A stretch of DNA of 64,000 nucleotides from Octopus vulgaris (lineage: Eukaryota): contig OX597818.1 in the NCBI GenBank assembly GCA_951406725.2, positions 81,902,001 through 81,966,000 on the forward strand. Reading direction: 5' to 3'. Each line of letters starts with the position of its first letter. Position 1 is the stretch's first letter. The notes beneath the pieces are model-generated. The model worked only from the letters and a program-made list of their open reading frames with translations, made no database searches and was not told where the DNA came from. The position numbers and the translations under genes were made by a program. Below, piece by piece: positions 42,362 to 57,198 of this stretch.

Positions 42362-42581
42362 CAATTGCAGCGTTGAAGGTGTTTATAAGCCATTTAAGAA
42401 ACACACAAAAGCCGTTAGATTCTCTTCAACATTTAGATTTAATTTGTCAAAATATTTTCGTCACTTTGAAACCGCGACCTGTTCACTGACAAAATTCCGC
42501 GCTGCACGTTCTTTGCTGCAATTGGTTTTGTTTCAGCACGCGATCTCCGATCAAGTCATTTCCTATGGATGTATATCTCCG

Positions 42582-43162
<581 letters not shown>

Positions 43163-43339
43163 CATACATACATACATAAGACATATATATATATATATGT
43201 GTGTATGTGTAAATGGATGAATGAATTATCGTTTGTTTACCATTAACATGGAAAATCCAATAAGCAGTTACCAGAGTCTCGGATTGCCTTGTGAGTGAAA
43301 TCGGTTGACGGAATACGTAGGGGAGCCCATATATCTATG

Positions 43340-43404
<65 letters not shown>

Positions 43405-43432
43405 GTATACACACACACACACACACACACAC

Positions 43433-43474
<42 letters not shown>

Positions 43475-43519
43475 CATACATACATAAGACATATATATAT
43501 ATGTGTGTGTATGTGTAAA

Positions 43520-44389
43520 TGGATGAATGAATTATCCTTTGTTTACCATTAACATGGAAAATCCAATAAACAGTTACCAGAGTAGCAAAATTCACGCAAG
43601 TAACGAGGATGTAGCGACCTATTCAAAGGTAGAAGCACCGGGTTAATGTGCAGTAATTTGTATAGTATAAGTAAATAAATAGAGTTGAACGCAGATGTTA
43701 TTCAAATTCTTTTACTTTCGACATATGTTTCGAAGACAACATTGGTTTTATTCCAAAGAAATAAACGGTGTAAAATAATGTAATCTTCTCATCAGGAAAG
43801 AAAGAGAACCTATCTCAACGAGACATTATAACAATTTTGATGACTGCATAAATGACAAACAGAACGCTATTAAGTAATTAATAAAAACCATTAGTAGATC
43901 CGACGTCAAAGGCAGACTCTAAGAAGACAAGGGATAAAGAAATAATAAGTAGTGAACAAATAAAGGGGGATATATTGGTTGAAAAAATGTTCAAAGGCTT
44001 GGAAGTAGATTTCTCTATTGAAGTAAAGTTGAACTAAATGTTCAAACTATAAAGACTGGTAAAAATCACTTATATGAGCTAAAGATATGCTTCTGCCAGT
44101 GCTTACATTTGTAAGATCGCTCTATAAGTGTGTTAACAAGGTGATTCTTAGTGAAGAGAATATGGAAGAGTTCAGATTTGCAAATATTAGAAAATTCTTT
44201 GCCCTTATCATAAGGGAAAGATATGGACAGGATGAACCAATCTAACTTAAAATCCTTATTGTTGTTTTTAAGATACCAAACCAATTTACTTAGCCCTGTC
44301 CTATAACGTTTACTGCTATCCCTAAATGAAGAATAATAACTGGAAATTCTCTTAGATGACTGGGAAGCGGATGCACCAATGTCGAAGTA

Positions 44390-44390
<1 letters not shown>
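43520..44390 (-). mobile_element. Penelope-like element 3' end (GIY-YIG C-terminus, 3' tail, hammerhead)
   Basis: YFDIGAS....KRIS...SSF.....[25 protein letters not shown]....YDKG....[10 protein letters not shown].....VN......KCKH. This matches the T.LS..IW.LK..W.I..CNLC..E..I..LN..C.H C-terminus of PLE endonucleases. Confidence 0.85.
43707..43808 (-). ncRNA. Type I hammerhead ribozyme with intact core
   Basis: Minus strand CTTTC-CTGATGA-GAAGA...TCTTC-GAAA-CATATG-TC-GAAAG. 5-bp stems I and II, palindromic stem III, GUC triplet. Confidence 0.85.
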
Positions 44391-44472
<82 letters not shown>

Positions 44473-44544
44473 ATAAATGTATATGTATGTGTATATATAT
44501 ATATGTATATATATGTATATGTGCACTCGCAGGTAAGCATATAT

Positions 44545-44770
44545 ATCTGTGTCTCTGTGTTGAAGTTTGAGATTGTTCCCCTGCCACCACTTGACAACAG
44601 GTGTTGGTTTTTAACGTCCCTGTAACATCGCGGTTCAGTAAAAGAAACCAGATACGATAAGTATCAGCCTTTAAAACAATCTATACCGCGGTCGACTTGT
44701 TCAATGAAATTCTTCACGGCAGTGCCTGAGCATTGACGCAGTCCAATGACTGCAAGACATAAAAGATATA
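44545..44770 (+). mobile_element. SINE family B 3' half
   Basis: CTTGACAACAGGTGTTGG..AACGTCCC..GCGGTTCAG...GCAGTCCAATGACTG. Confidence 0.75.
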
Positions 44771-44807
44771 TGCTCTCTTTTGCCTGGTATCTCCAATATC
44801 GGTGCCA

Positions 44808-45012
44808 TAATTTGGCACAAGACCAGCAATTTCGGGGTGGGGTAAGACTATTACAGCAACCCCAGTATTTAACTGGCGCTTATTTAATCGACTCTGAAGA
44901 GGTGAAAAGCTAAGTTTACCTTGGCGAAATTTGATCTAAGAACGTAAATACTAACGAAATGCCGCTAATCATTTTTCCCGGTGTGCCAACGATTTTGCCA
45001 GCTACATGCCTT
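44808..45012 (-). mobile_element. SINE family A copy
   Basis: TTTGGCACAAGACCAGCAATTTCGGGG...GAAATGCCGCTAA..GCCAACGATTTTGCCAGCT. Confidence 0.8.
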
Positions 45013-45739
45013 AAACATAAAGATGGACGTAATGCTACTTAGCATTTTATTCGCCGCCTTCTGTATGTCCAATATCATTTACTGGAGTATAAGGGAACGT
45101 TTTACTATCTTTCTCTTATTTTCTTACTGCATTATTTCTTTACTGAAAAGAAATATTCAGCAATGTCGTTATGATGTTAGTTCCTGATCAAACAGCTTAT
45201 AACTAGTATCATGGAATGAAAGCCGCTCTGTAACTGCATTATTGCAGCCTATTATCTTTCAGCTTGCGCCTCTCCAATTTACATTCTATTATTGCTGATG
45301 TCCTCAATATGTACTTAAGCACCACACGCTATTCTTTATTTATATATATGATCCATCGAATTAGCAGCAAAGCTCATTTGTATGAATGTGATATAAAGCT
45401 TCACTTCTACATAACTTTACAGATATGCCTGAAGCATAGCCCATAGCAACCTTGTACAATGTTCTATAATAAACCTTCTAAACATGCACTCACTATAAAA
45501 TACCAGTCACTACATATATAAATAGAAGTCACAACATTGCTTTTAAAACCATTGTGTATCAATAGAACAGTGTACGTGTCAAGAAGAAATATGCTGTTTA
45601 TCAATAGCAAATAGAAAATGCTCATAGGAAATTACAAACAAAACACTAAGCATGTTTCGGCGTATTTTATCATCCAATTATGGTCTGCACTATAGTTGTA
45701 GAAGTATTAATAAATTAATTAGATATGTTGAACATACAT

Positions 45740-46112
45740 GCATGATTGTGAGGTTAAGAAGCTTGCTCTGTAACCATAAGTCAGATTTAGTCCCACTGTG
45801 CGATACCTTGGGTAGGCGTTTTCTGCTATTGCCCCTGCTGGCCCGTCATGCCTTGTATGTTTGTGTATGTGCTTGTATGCATAAGTGTGCATATTTATTT
45901 TGTGTTTCTCCCCACTACCCACCACCTGACAATCGAGATTGGTTTGTTAACATCCCTGTACATTATCGGTTATCAAAAGAAGCCGATAGAAACAGGACCG
46001 GATTTAAAATATAAGTAGGGGGATCGATTGTGCAACTAAAATCTTCAATGTGGTACCCCAGCATGGCTGCTGCCCAATGTGTGAAACAAGTAATATGTAA
46101 AAGATAAAAGAA
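45740..46112 (+). mobile_element. SINE family B copy with internal deletion
   Basis: GGTTAAGAAGCTTGCT, AGTCCCACTGTGCGATACCTTGGG, CCCCAGCATGGCTGC..GAAACAAGTAA. Confidence 0.8.
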
Positions 46113-46499
46113 TCAAGATATTAAATGTATGAATTGGTACTTTTCTTGATGGAGAAGAATTCCTTGGAACCTTGCATAGCTTTGCTTGGTATTGTCTTGT
46201 TCCTCACACACAATATGACATCCTGCATATTGTATATCACCTTTATTTTTTACTCGACATCACTCTCATGTTCCTTAGAGTTATGTCTCTATATAATTAC
46301 ATAATTATCTTCGTCAGAAATGCAACACTCCACCATCCACTCCAGCACAATGGAGACAACATGACTTTGGCCACAGACATTTCTCATCAAAGTAAAAATT
46401 CAATTTGGTACCTCTTGCCAATTCTACAGAACTGCCACCACGTTAACATTATTGCATGTAAAGTGCGTTCTTACACGTAAAAAGCCGGGGGAACTGCCA

Positions 46500-46675
46500 C
46501 AAGGCATTTTGCTCACCGGACAAAGTGTCCTGTAGCATTTTCAGTTCAAATCCCGCTGAGACAGTCTTTGCCTTTTTACTTTACAGGGGTTAATAAAATA
46601 TGAACCGGTTGAATATTGGGGCCGATGAAATCAACTTCCTTGAAATTGCTGACATTGTGCAAAATTTGAACCATT
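46500..46675 (+). mobile_element. SINE family A, diverged
   Basis: AGTTCAAATCCCGCTGAG...CTTTGCCTTTT...GAAATTGCTG..TTGTGCAAAATTTGAA. Confidence 0.7.
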
Positions 46676-46949
46676 GTTAGATGTATGATCAAAGAGGCTC
46701 CAGCCAAAGTGCTTCATGTTTTTTTAAATATTTCAGACAGTACACCTATACAAGAAGCTCTGCAAAATTTGGGTAAAAGACAAATTTGGGAAAAATACAG
46801 GAGGATCAGTTAATTATGATTTTATTCAAAATATTCCCATCTCAGATTCACACACTAATTACCACAGTCCTGTTTTTCTAAGCCCTTTAAAGAAATCGGA
46901 AGGTAGGGCCTTCAACCAGGAATTTTCGGCACTCCATCGAACATATATT

Positions 46950-47130
46950 TGCTTCAAATTGTGAGAGGGTGGGGTAAGTCGATTACATCGACACCTGTTT
47001 TCAACTTATTTTATCGACTCCGAAAGGATGAAAGACATAGTCGTCACCGTTGGTGTTTGAACACAAAACGAAAATAGGACGGAATGTCGCTAAGCACTTC
47101 GCCCGGTGTGCTCACGATTCTGTCAGCTTA
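46950..47130 (-). mobile_element. SINE family A, diverged
   Basis: GTAAGTCGATTACATCGAC..TTTTATCGACTCCGAAAGGATGAAAG...GCTCACGATTCTGTCAGCT. Confidence 0.8.
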
Positions 47131-48689
47131 TTTTCGTACTTCTGTACATATCAAATATTTATATCTATGTGAATGCAGAATGTTATAATTTAAAGACGAT
47201 TATCAAAGTATGTTAGGTCAAACTGCTAAAAATCTATTTAAACTCCTGCTTTGGTGACACAAAACCTCCCTCTTATTAGATCAAATCGTTTCATCGTTGG
47301 AACATCATGCAACGAGAGATGAAATATTTACGAATGAAATATTTGATTAGCAGAGAAATCATTCGTTTTGCTTAATTTATTTTAATGCTTTGTAATATTA
47401 TTTGAATTAACACGAACGTATTAATGCTTTATTTTTTTCATATCTAAGCCTATTTGTCCTCTACAATTTTCGTCTATCGTTTTTCAAATTTGAACACATT
47501 TTATATATTTTCAGACTATGACGATGGAATGCCAAAGCAAGGACAAGTGAGCAAATTTATCTGACAAACTACATGCAAACAGAGGGAGAATACTCGAATC
47601 ATAAGCTACATAGATTAGATAAGTAAATTTAATTTTATTCTGTCCAACTCACTTTGAGTGTAAGCATAACTTTCAACGAATATGTATGTTTCCATGTACA
47701 CAATAAACAGGTATAATCAAAAGAAATTTATTTGGAAACAAACAACAAGCGTTACTGCATTTTATCTTGCCTACATAACATCGATATATTTGAAAACATA
47801 CATATAAAGATGAAGAGAAAAAAAACATTAAATGGTGGAGTGTTGCATTTCTGACGAAAATAATTATATAATTATATAGAGAGATAACTCTAAGGAACAT
47901 GAGATTGATGTCGAATAAAAAATAAAGGTGATATACACACACACATATCTATAATATAAAGTAAAAATTACGGTTGAAACAGCAACTATATTTGAAAACA
48001 TGCCGCACACAAAAATATATAGAAACGTACATGCCTACATGCATACACATGTACGAGCATTTGTGTGTATGTGCGTATATATATAAATATAAATATATAT
48101 GTAAATATGTGTATATATACGTATGTGTATATAAATATATATAAACATGTATATATATATATATATAAATATTTGTGTATATATATACATATATATATAT
48201 CTATACATACATGTGTATGAATGTATATACATATACAAACATGTACGTATGTATATATTTATATATATACATACATATATATATCTATATATACATACAT
48301 ACATCTATATATGTATATATGTATGCATGGGAGAATATAGCTAGGACTTCTTGAAAGCATAAATGATATAGTTAGATCTAAACATAAGCTTTTGGTATTC
48401 TGAAATTAAACCCTAATATACGTACATGCATACGCATACAGCCATACGAGGAATTACATAGAAATACGCACAGGCACACATACACATGCCCACGCACACA
48501 CACTCCATTTCTGTCATGGAATCAAGCTCTACTGGAAGCAATTTATGTATTCGTTTCTCTTTTCCACTTAAAAAAAAACATTTTAAGAAATAAATGTTGC
48601 ATTTTCTAATCTGTTTCTACAATAGGTTGCTTTAAATCTACGGGTTCATGGCGCCGGCCGTTATTTGGCGTTTCGAGACATTAAGTCGC

Positions 48690-48928
48690 CTGAGACTACA
48701 TAATCCCTTACTAAACGAGACGCCAGTCCATCGCAGTGTTAACTCACAACAACATCCAGAATGGACATGAAACCTACGACAGCATAGCTTTCCGCACTCA
48801 TTCTATGATTTGCGAACAGCTGCAATGTACCTTGATGCAGGGCCTGACACAGCGACTGAAGTGAGAATCGAAGCAGTGACTTAATGATCGTGAACTAAAT
48901 ATGTTAACCACAAAGCCACGCGTCTTCA
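48690..48928 (-). mobile_element. tRNA-derived SINE of a fourth family, diverged
   Basis: Minus-strand head GACGCGTGGCTTTGTGGTTAA...GCTTCGATTCTC (A/B box-like) and a downstream GCGATGGACTGGCGTC motif. Confidence 0.55.
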
Positions 48929-49329
48929 CTGCAATAAATATGCTAATTTGAAAGAAAAATCAACGCTGAGTGTATATCTTCCCTTTAATTATAAACAAGC
49001 TGTTTCAGAAATTTCGTTTCATCTATAGGCTGATGTGCTTCATGAAGCTAACCACATAAAATACTTGCAAGCGTTTATGAAAATAAATAATATTCGAAAA
49101 GTTTGTTTAATTTCCTTCTTCACTGTTATTTGTGAAAAAATATGTGTAAAGCTGATAAAGTTATTGATTCCTTTCAGATCAGGTAATTAAATTTACCTAC
49201 ACATTTCCTCAGTTGTTTGAAACAACACAATATATATATTTTCTGTGTTAAGTTTTCCGAATCCAAAGGAAATTGTCATAAGACGGTGTGAGAAATGTAG
49301 AAAAAGAATTCAATATTAGTCATATCTAT

Positions 49330-49506
49330 GCTGAGCGGCATTTCGCCCGTCTTTACGTTCTGGGTTCAAATTCCGCCAAAGCCGACTTTATCTTTCATCT
49401 TTCCGGGGATGATAAAATATGTACAAATTGAGCGCTGGGTCGATCTAATCGACTGCCCCCCCCTCTCCCGAACTTGCTGGCCTTGTACCAGAATTTGAAA
49501 CCAATA
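49330..49506 (+). mobile_element. SINE family A, 5'-truncated
   Basis: AGCGGCATTTCGCCCGTCTTTACGTTCTGGGTTCAAATTCCGCC...CTTGCTGGCCTTGTACCAGAATTTGAAACC. Confidence 0.85.
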
Positions 49507-50447
49507 TTTGTCATAACTGTTCTGTTATTTTTGTTACTTGTTTCAGTTATTAAAGTATGGCTATGTTGAAGCACATATTAAAGTATGGCTATGCTGGACC
49601 AGAATTATGTTTTTTAAGTGTGGTTCTTCTATCGGTCTCTTAAGCGATGGCACATAAATTAAAAGCACCTGGTTCACAGACTTGAAGGTGGTAGTGAGTA
49701 ATTGAACTCAAAATGAACCTTTTCTGAATGTGAGATAGGATGTCAGTATGTATAGCTGCAGTACTGACGCATTTGCTTGAGCAGTACTCCACTGTATTCC
49801 ACAGAGCTTAAATATTTTCTGGCCCTGAAGAGGGTAGCTTTTGGGATTCGATTTTGGTTATAATAAGTATGTGCTATCGCTGGAGAAATATTTCATGATT
49901 GTGAAACCCAGCATTTGAAGCGACTGTGAATGTTCGACGTTAGAACACTCCATGTTAAATGGATGGTGGCTATAACACACTGATGGGGCATAATTATTCT
50001 CTTTGTATACGAATTTCAAATTTGCTTTTAAGCATATAAATGAATTCAAATTTTGCCTCGAGAGCAACATAATTTTAAAAAAGGAGGCTAATCGATTTAC
50101 TTGCCAGAGTCGACAGCTCGTACGTACTTTGTCTACGCAGAAAAGATAAAAAGCAAATAGGACCATCGGGAAATTTGAACTCAGAACATATGAGCTGAAA
50201 GATAATTGCTCTAAACATTAAGGATTCTGCCAGCTAGGCACTTTATCGTGGCATGAATTTCTATATTCTTAAGATTATTTCCCTTTTTGTTTAGGAGGAG
50301 ACCTGAATTTTTACCGTAGTTTAATATTCCTTAATATGATTAGAGAGAAGTTTTTTCAATAATTGAGATTTATTTTTGCGCATGTCCATAAGCATATCAC
50401 CGTTTAACACACAAAACTACACAAGCAACACTGAAACGCACACAAGT

Positions 50448-50545
<98 letters not shown>

Positions 50546-50689
50546 ATATGTATACGTATTCGCAAGATATATAAATGTATGTATATATACAAAAAATATA
50601 TATACTTATTGCAACTCACACTTTCTTTCCTGCCCTCCCTCACTCCCCACTCTCTCTCTCTCCATATATATAGATATACACGAGTGTGG

Positions 50690-50740
<51 letters not shown>

Positions 50741-51250
50741 TTTATATATGCAGGTGCATTCGAAGCAACACGTTAGTTATGTGTTTATGTGTTTATATAT
50801 GAAGTGTGCGTAGCACGTAAGTAATGAAGTATAAAAATATTGTCAAATGAAAATCTACAAAGAGATGGAATTATATACATGCCTTTGCCACTACAGTCCA
50901 GTATTTTATAACTTTATTCGTTTTACTTCAATCTCAGTGAATCAGTTTATTCTTATCACAAACTGATTCTTTGTCCTTCTGTTTTTCTCTCCTTCCTCAG
51001 TCCGTTTGTTTCACAATTAATTTCTCCCTACTACTTTTTATATATCTTTATATAATTTTATACGTCTTTTTAATTTCTTATTTCCACTCGCCCACTACTA
51101 TGTAATAAATTCTCCGGCTTTCAAATGAAGTCCTTTGAAGATAAAGGTTTCCAAAGATGCCGAAATGAATCATAAACACATGAGATGTATATATATGTAC
51201 GTGTGTATGGGCGTGCGCACACACACACGCACACACAAACACACATACAC

Positions 51251-51285
<35 letters not shown>

Positions 51286-51321
51286 TGTATAGAAGTATGC
51301 ATATCTGCCTATATATATCTG

Positions 51322-51413
<92 letters not shown>

Positions 51414-51722
51414 ATTATGTATTTATGCACATACATTTCTCTATCTGTGTCTCTGCGTCACACACACTCTCATTCTTATCCCCTATCAATCCCTCCCTTC
51501 CTTTCTCTCTTTCTCTCTTTATATATACATATATATATATATGCACAGATACGTATGTGTATTTATAAATCTTTATCTTTCTCCTTCTGTGTATATAATG
51601 GTATATATGAATGTATATATGTATTATATACGTGTGTGTTTATAGTATATAGATAGGTTGATAGATAGGTAGGTAGATAGATAAATACTTAGATAGATAT
51701 AGAGACAGATAGATTGATAGTT

Positions 51723-51781
<59 letters not shown>

Positions 51782-52366
51782 GATAAAAGCATACATGCTC
51801 ACAGCTGCATATCGATTTGGGTAACATTTGTCAGAAAAGAGAAGTGAAGGTGATTACAACAAATAAAATGATGTGTTCAAATTTTTATTAATGCAGGGGC
51901 CACTAGGACATAAGGGCAGGTGATTTAGTGCCGATGCACTCATCATAAACTAAATTTTAAGGCGTTGTGAAGAGAGTTGTTACTCGGAGCAGTGATTCAC
52001 GATAGATCCCGATCAAAATATATGTGAGGATCTATATATATAGAAATACACGCGCGCGCTCACACACACACAAACAGGCACACACACACATACACACACA
52101 CACACACACATACACACACAAACATAAATGAATGATATGGAATAAATACTGTCAAATCCTACAAAATAAGCAACGAAGTCATCATTATCATCGTTATCAT
52201 CATTGCAGCTGCCATCGCCGATATCATGATGATGAGGATTGTGATGATGATCATGATCAAATCATTGATATTATTGCAAATGTGCTCAACGTGTAAACAT
52301 ATATTTATATAGATACACACACACAAAGATGTCTATATGTATGTGTATATATATATGTGTACGTAC

Positions 52367-52422
<56 letters not shown>

Positions 52423-52885
52423 TATATATATATATGTAAATTTACATACACATGGACGTGTAAATATGCATGCAAATACATTTAGGCATATGGAATACAT
52501 TGACCACAAATGCACACATACGAACGCGTACATACATCCATACTTAGGCACATACATAGTTATATATTATCGTATTAGATATACGTACATGTGTATGGGT
52601 GTATATATATATATAAACTATATATATGCATAGATATATCTGAATGTGTATATATATATATATATGTATCTATATACATGTATGTGTATATATTTATTTA
52701 TACATACACATATATGTTTCTCTCTCATATACACACACTCACGCACACACACACATATATAAGTGTGTTACATATAAATGTATTTTGATTTAAAATACCT
52801 TATGAACGGTCATCAACATCACCACCACTAACATCGTCATCGTAGTCAGCACAACTACCAACATCGTTGTTGCTGATGTTGTTGC

Positions 52886-52964
<79 letters not shown>

Positions 52965-52980
52965 GTTAATATTATTATTC
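52886..52980. repeat. (TTA)n microsatellite
   Basis: Directly visible. Confidence 0.96.
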
Positions 52981-53174
52981 GTTTTCTGGCCTTAGCTGTT
53001 GTTTTTCGATAAAGATTTAATTTTTTTGTTTTTATTCTCTCATATAGCTTTCGTTTTCGGCTTTATACTTCAAATTGCTTTTCTTCTCTTCATTTCCAAT
53101 TTTAAAGTCCATTAATCTTGAAAAAGTAGATAAAATCCATACATACGTACACGCGTCCGTCCACCTAACTATCG

Positions 53175-53205
<31 letters not shown>

Positions 53206-53267
53206 ATTATATATACTTATATATATATATATTAAACGTAAACACACATACATATGTATATATGTAC

Positions 53268-53317
<50 letters not shown>

Positions 53318-53535
53318 TTTCAATGCTTGATATCTATATAGATAGATGCGTTTATCTATAAGTGTGCGCATGTTTATATATATATTATATGGGGGTGGGT
53401 GGATACAAGTATATATTTATGTTTGTACGCCGCCTGCCCATTTCTCTGTACGTATCTCTCAATTTTTGTACGTATACCCATTAGTTGGTGAACAGCTGAT
53501 TGTGGAAATGTATGTGTGCATACTAATATATGGTA

Positions 53536-53566
<31 letters not shown>

Positions 53567-53894
53567 TGTGTGTGTGTGTGTGCGTGTGTGGGTGTGTATG
53601 TGTGTATGTGTGTGTGTGCTTCATATATGCGAATGCACTGTCAAAAGAATGCCTACATAAATAGAAATATATGCTGGATTAACATATAGAGACCTCTACA
53701 ATCCATCAAAGTTATCAAACTGCCACCGCCCATTAATTTCTTTATTTCCAAACCAATATCTTTTACTGCGACCATCAGGTTTTCTTTCGTCATTTTACTC
53801 TCGTTCTATCCCTAGTTTATCACAATCGTCGTGTTCACCATCGTCATCGTGATATTCGTTGCTAACCTCATAATCCTGATTATCATCATCTTTA

Positions 53895-54650
<756 letters not shown>

Positions 54651-54904
54651 TGCATAAGCGATGGCTAAATGCGATGGGCGATGGATAGAAGAATATTGAA
54701 CTTTATGTGATAATCAGTTGTTCTAGGAGCCGGGGCCTCATATTATGAAGGGGGCTGGTACACATTGAGGTAGACCCCGAAACGGCGCGCATTCTCTCCA
54801 TTTTATGTCTGTCTTTGTATTGCCCCCTCATCCTTTGCCCTTGTTGCAAATAAATGAAGTTAAAAAATAAAAATAATGATGATGATGATGATGATGATGA
54901 TGAT

Positions 54905-54937
<33 letters not shown>

Positions 54938-54986
54938 AATAATAATAATTATTATTATTATTATTATTATTATTGCTTTTGCTGTT

Positions 54987-55037
54987 GTCTCTGATGAAAG
55001 AATAATATCACTAATATCCCAGAAACAGCTGTAAGAC
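54987..55037 (+). ncRNA. Type I hammerhead ribozyme motif
   Basis: GTCT-CTGATGA-(AAGAATA...TATCCCA, eroded stem II)-GAAA-CAGCTG-TA-AGAC. Palindromic stem III, GUA triplet. Confidence 0.75.
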
Positions 55038-55973
55038 TACCTTTCTCTTTATAAATATCCTATAAATTCTACACAGCCTTGGGTTTGTCGTCTCATTTAT
55101 TTAATACACACACATACACACACATACGTATAGAGACACACACACGCACTCACACATATATATATAGAGTAAAGTGAATAAGGAACTGAAAAGTAAGGCA
55201 CCGGTTTAGGTCAGAAATAATATGCATACATTATAGTCGAATACCAACATTGGCAGAGACGTACTGCAGAAGGATATCCATATTATGTATATAATTAACT
55301 GAGTATATCACCAGCCATTCAGAAACGCTCATTCTTATTAAATATACGGTCCATAAAATGCTTCGGAACACCTGGGGATATGCTCCGAGAGAGGTGAGTT
55401 ATAAATAAATAGATAAACTGTGGATATGTGTCAATTCATTAAAGCAGTTACTAACGAATTTTTTATTGATTAATTGCTATCTTTTATCATAAAAAAACCC
55501 GCTTACTTCAGATGAACACATGAACTTTACAATTAAGGACATTTAAAAGAAATTTTAAATCCTCTGTATGTGATATTTAGTGATTCCACGATGGACGCTT
55601 CTCGCAGCATCTAGTGATATGCTTGCGATTAGTATATTTCACGCTGCTTTCGCTCCTGACAACTAAATAATTACTTCGGTTACTCTTCTATTCTCCTCCA
55701 TGTCCTGTTATGTCCTATCTCTTACTACCTATATGCTTATATGTTCCTTTTCCTGTATGCGAAGCAGCTTTAAACGTTCGTAAATTTTCGTGTGGTTTTT
55801 TGTGTAATAATTTATGCATTTTTAACTATTTGTAACTCGTCTAATGTGCATGATAACTGTACCGACGTCGTATTCACTTATTTTTTAATAAGTGTATGTT
55901 GTGTAACGTATATGTGGAGACATTAGTATATTTAGTATATTTAGCCGTGAGTATATCTAAGAATCTCTCTGTC

Positions 55974-56049
<76 letters not shown>

Positions 56050-56169
56050 TATACCTATATATATACATATATATACATATATATATATAGAAATATTACA
56101 TTTCTAAATATCTCAGAGAGATTTACGCAGTAGTGTTACGATGGAGTGGTTGTATACTTTCAACTTAAT

Positions 56170-56508
56170 GTGACAGTCCCATGAAGGGAATCACACTACT
56201 GCTATCTAGCCCTAGGAAGCAGCAACGCTTCCTGTCGGCCTTGACACATTTCCTCTGTCCTTATGTTTACAAGGGGGAGATAAGCATCTCCACCCAGCTA
56301 CGCCTGCAACCAGCAGGCCATGCTACTCCAGACTGTGGACGAACAAAGACTCAGAAACTAGTCTATGGTTGCAGGCTTAGCTTGGTGGAGGTGCTTATCT
56401 CCCCCTTGTAAACATAAGGACACAGGAAATATGTCAAGGCCGACAGGAAGCGTTGCTGCTTCCTAGAGCTAAATTGCAGTAGTATGATTCCCTTCATGGG
56501 ACTGTCAC
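56170..56508. repeat. Fold-back element: 143-bp arms, 53-bp loop
   Basis: 56170-56312 is the reverse complement of 56366-56508, with about 9 mismatches by eye. Confidence 0.95.
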
Positions 56509-57198
56509 TATATATACTACGTCTCAAGATATCAACCTAACACTAGATTGGATGGTGACCAAGGGCTAGGTCTTTCTTAAGTACAACTTGTAATTTGGTG
56601 CAGGGCTGTTTAATCCCATATTCATTGCTGACCTCTAATTACTTTCTACTTAAACAATAGTTGGGATCACGACAGGTGGTATGACTCCGGGTCAGAGTAG
56701 GCTTAGCAGCAATAATAGCTAAAAGGTGATTCTACTCTCCTCAAAATGCAAGAAATCCTGAACCAGGATCACTATACCGGATGCAGTTAAAAAATTGATA
56801 CTGAACATGCGTCATACAATCTGCCAATATATTGCGGGATAGAAACCAAGGCCTCGTGGTTGTGAAGCAAACTTCGGTGATATGTAAAATACATCATCAT
56901 TTGACCAATGTAAGGATGAATAGATTATGATAGACTGATGAGATACAATCAATCCCAAAAGACGTTCATAGTTATCCCCTGCACAGTCACCAACCAATAC
57001 AATAACACAACTCAGTTTACACATACTGTGCTCAATCCAAACACCACGAAATTAATAAATACAAACATATTGTTTCTTTTAATTTGAAACCCCTGGGATG
57101 CAGATATTTATAATATTAAAAATATTTTAGTGCGAGTTCTTGATTATTATATGTGTATGGTTTATTCATTCCAGTCTCGCAAGACATAAGCAAAAACT

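Larger units (their letters stand above)
46231..47937. repeat. 106-bp inverted repeat pair (46231-46336 and 47832-47937)
   Basis: TGTATATCACCTTTATTTTTTA.TCGACATCA.TCTCATGTTCCTTAGAGTTAT...TCGTCAGAAATGCAACACTCCACCAT and its reverse complement, with few mismatches. Confidence 0.93.
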
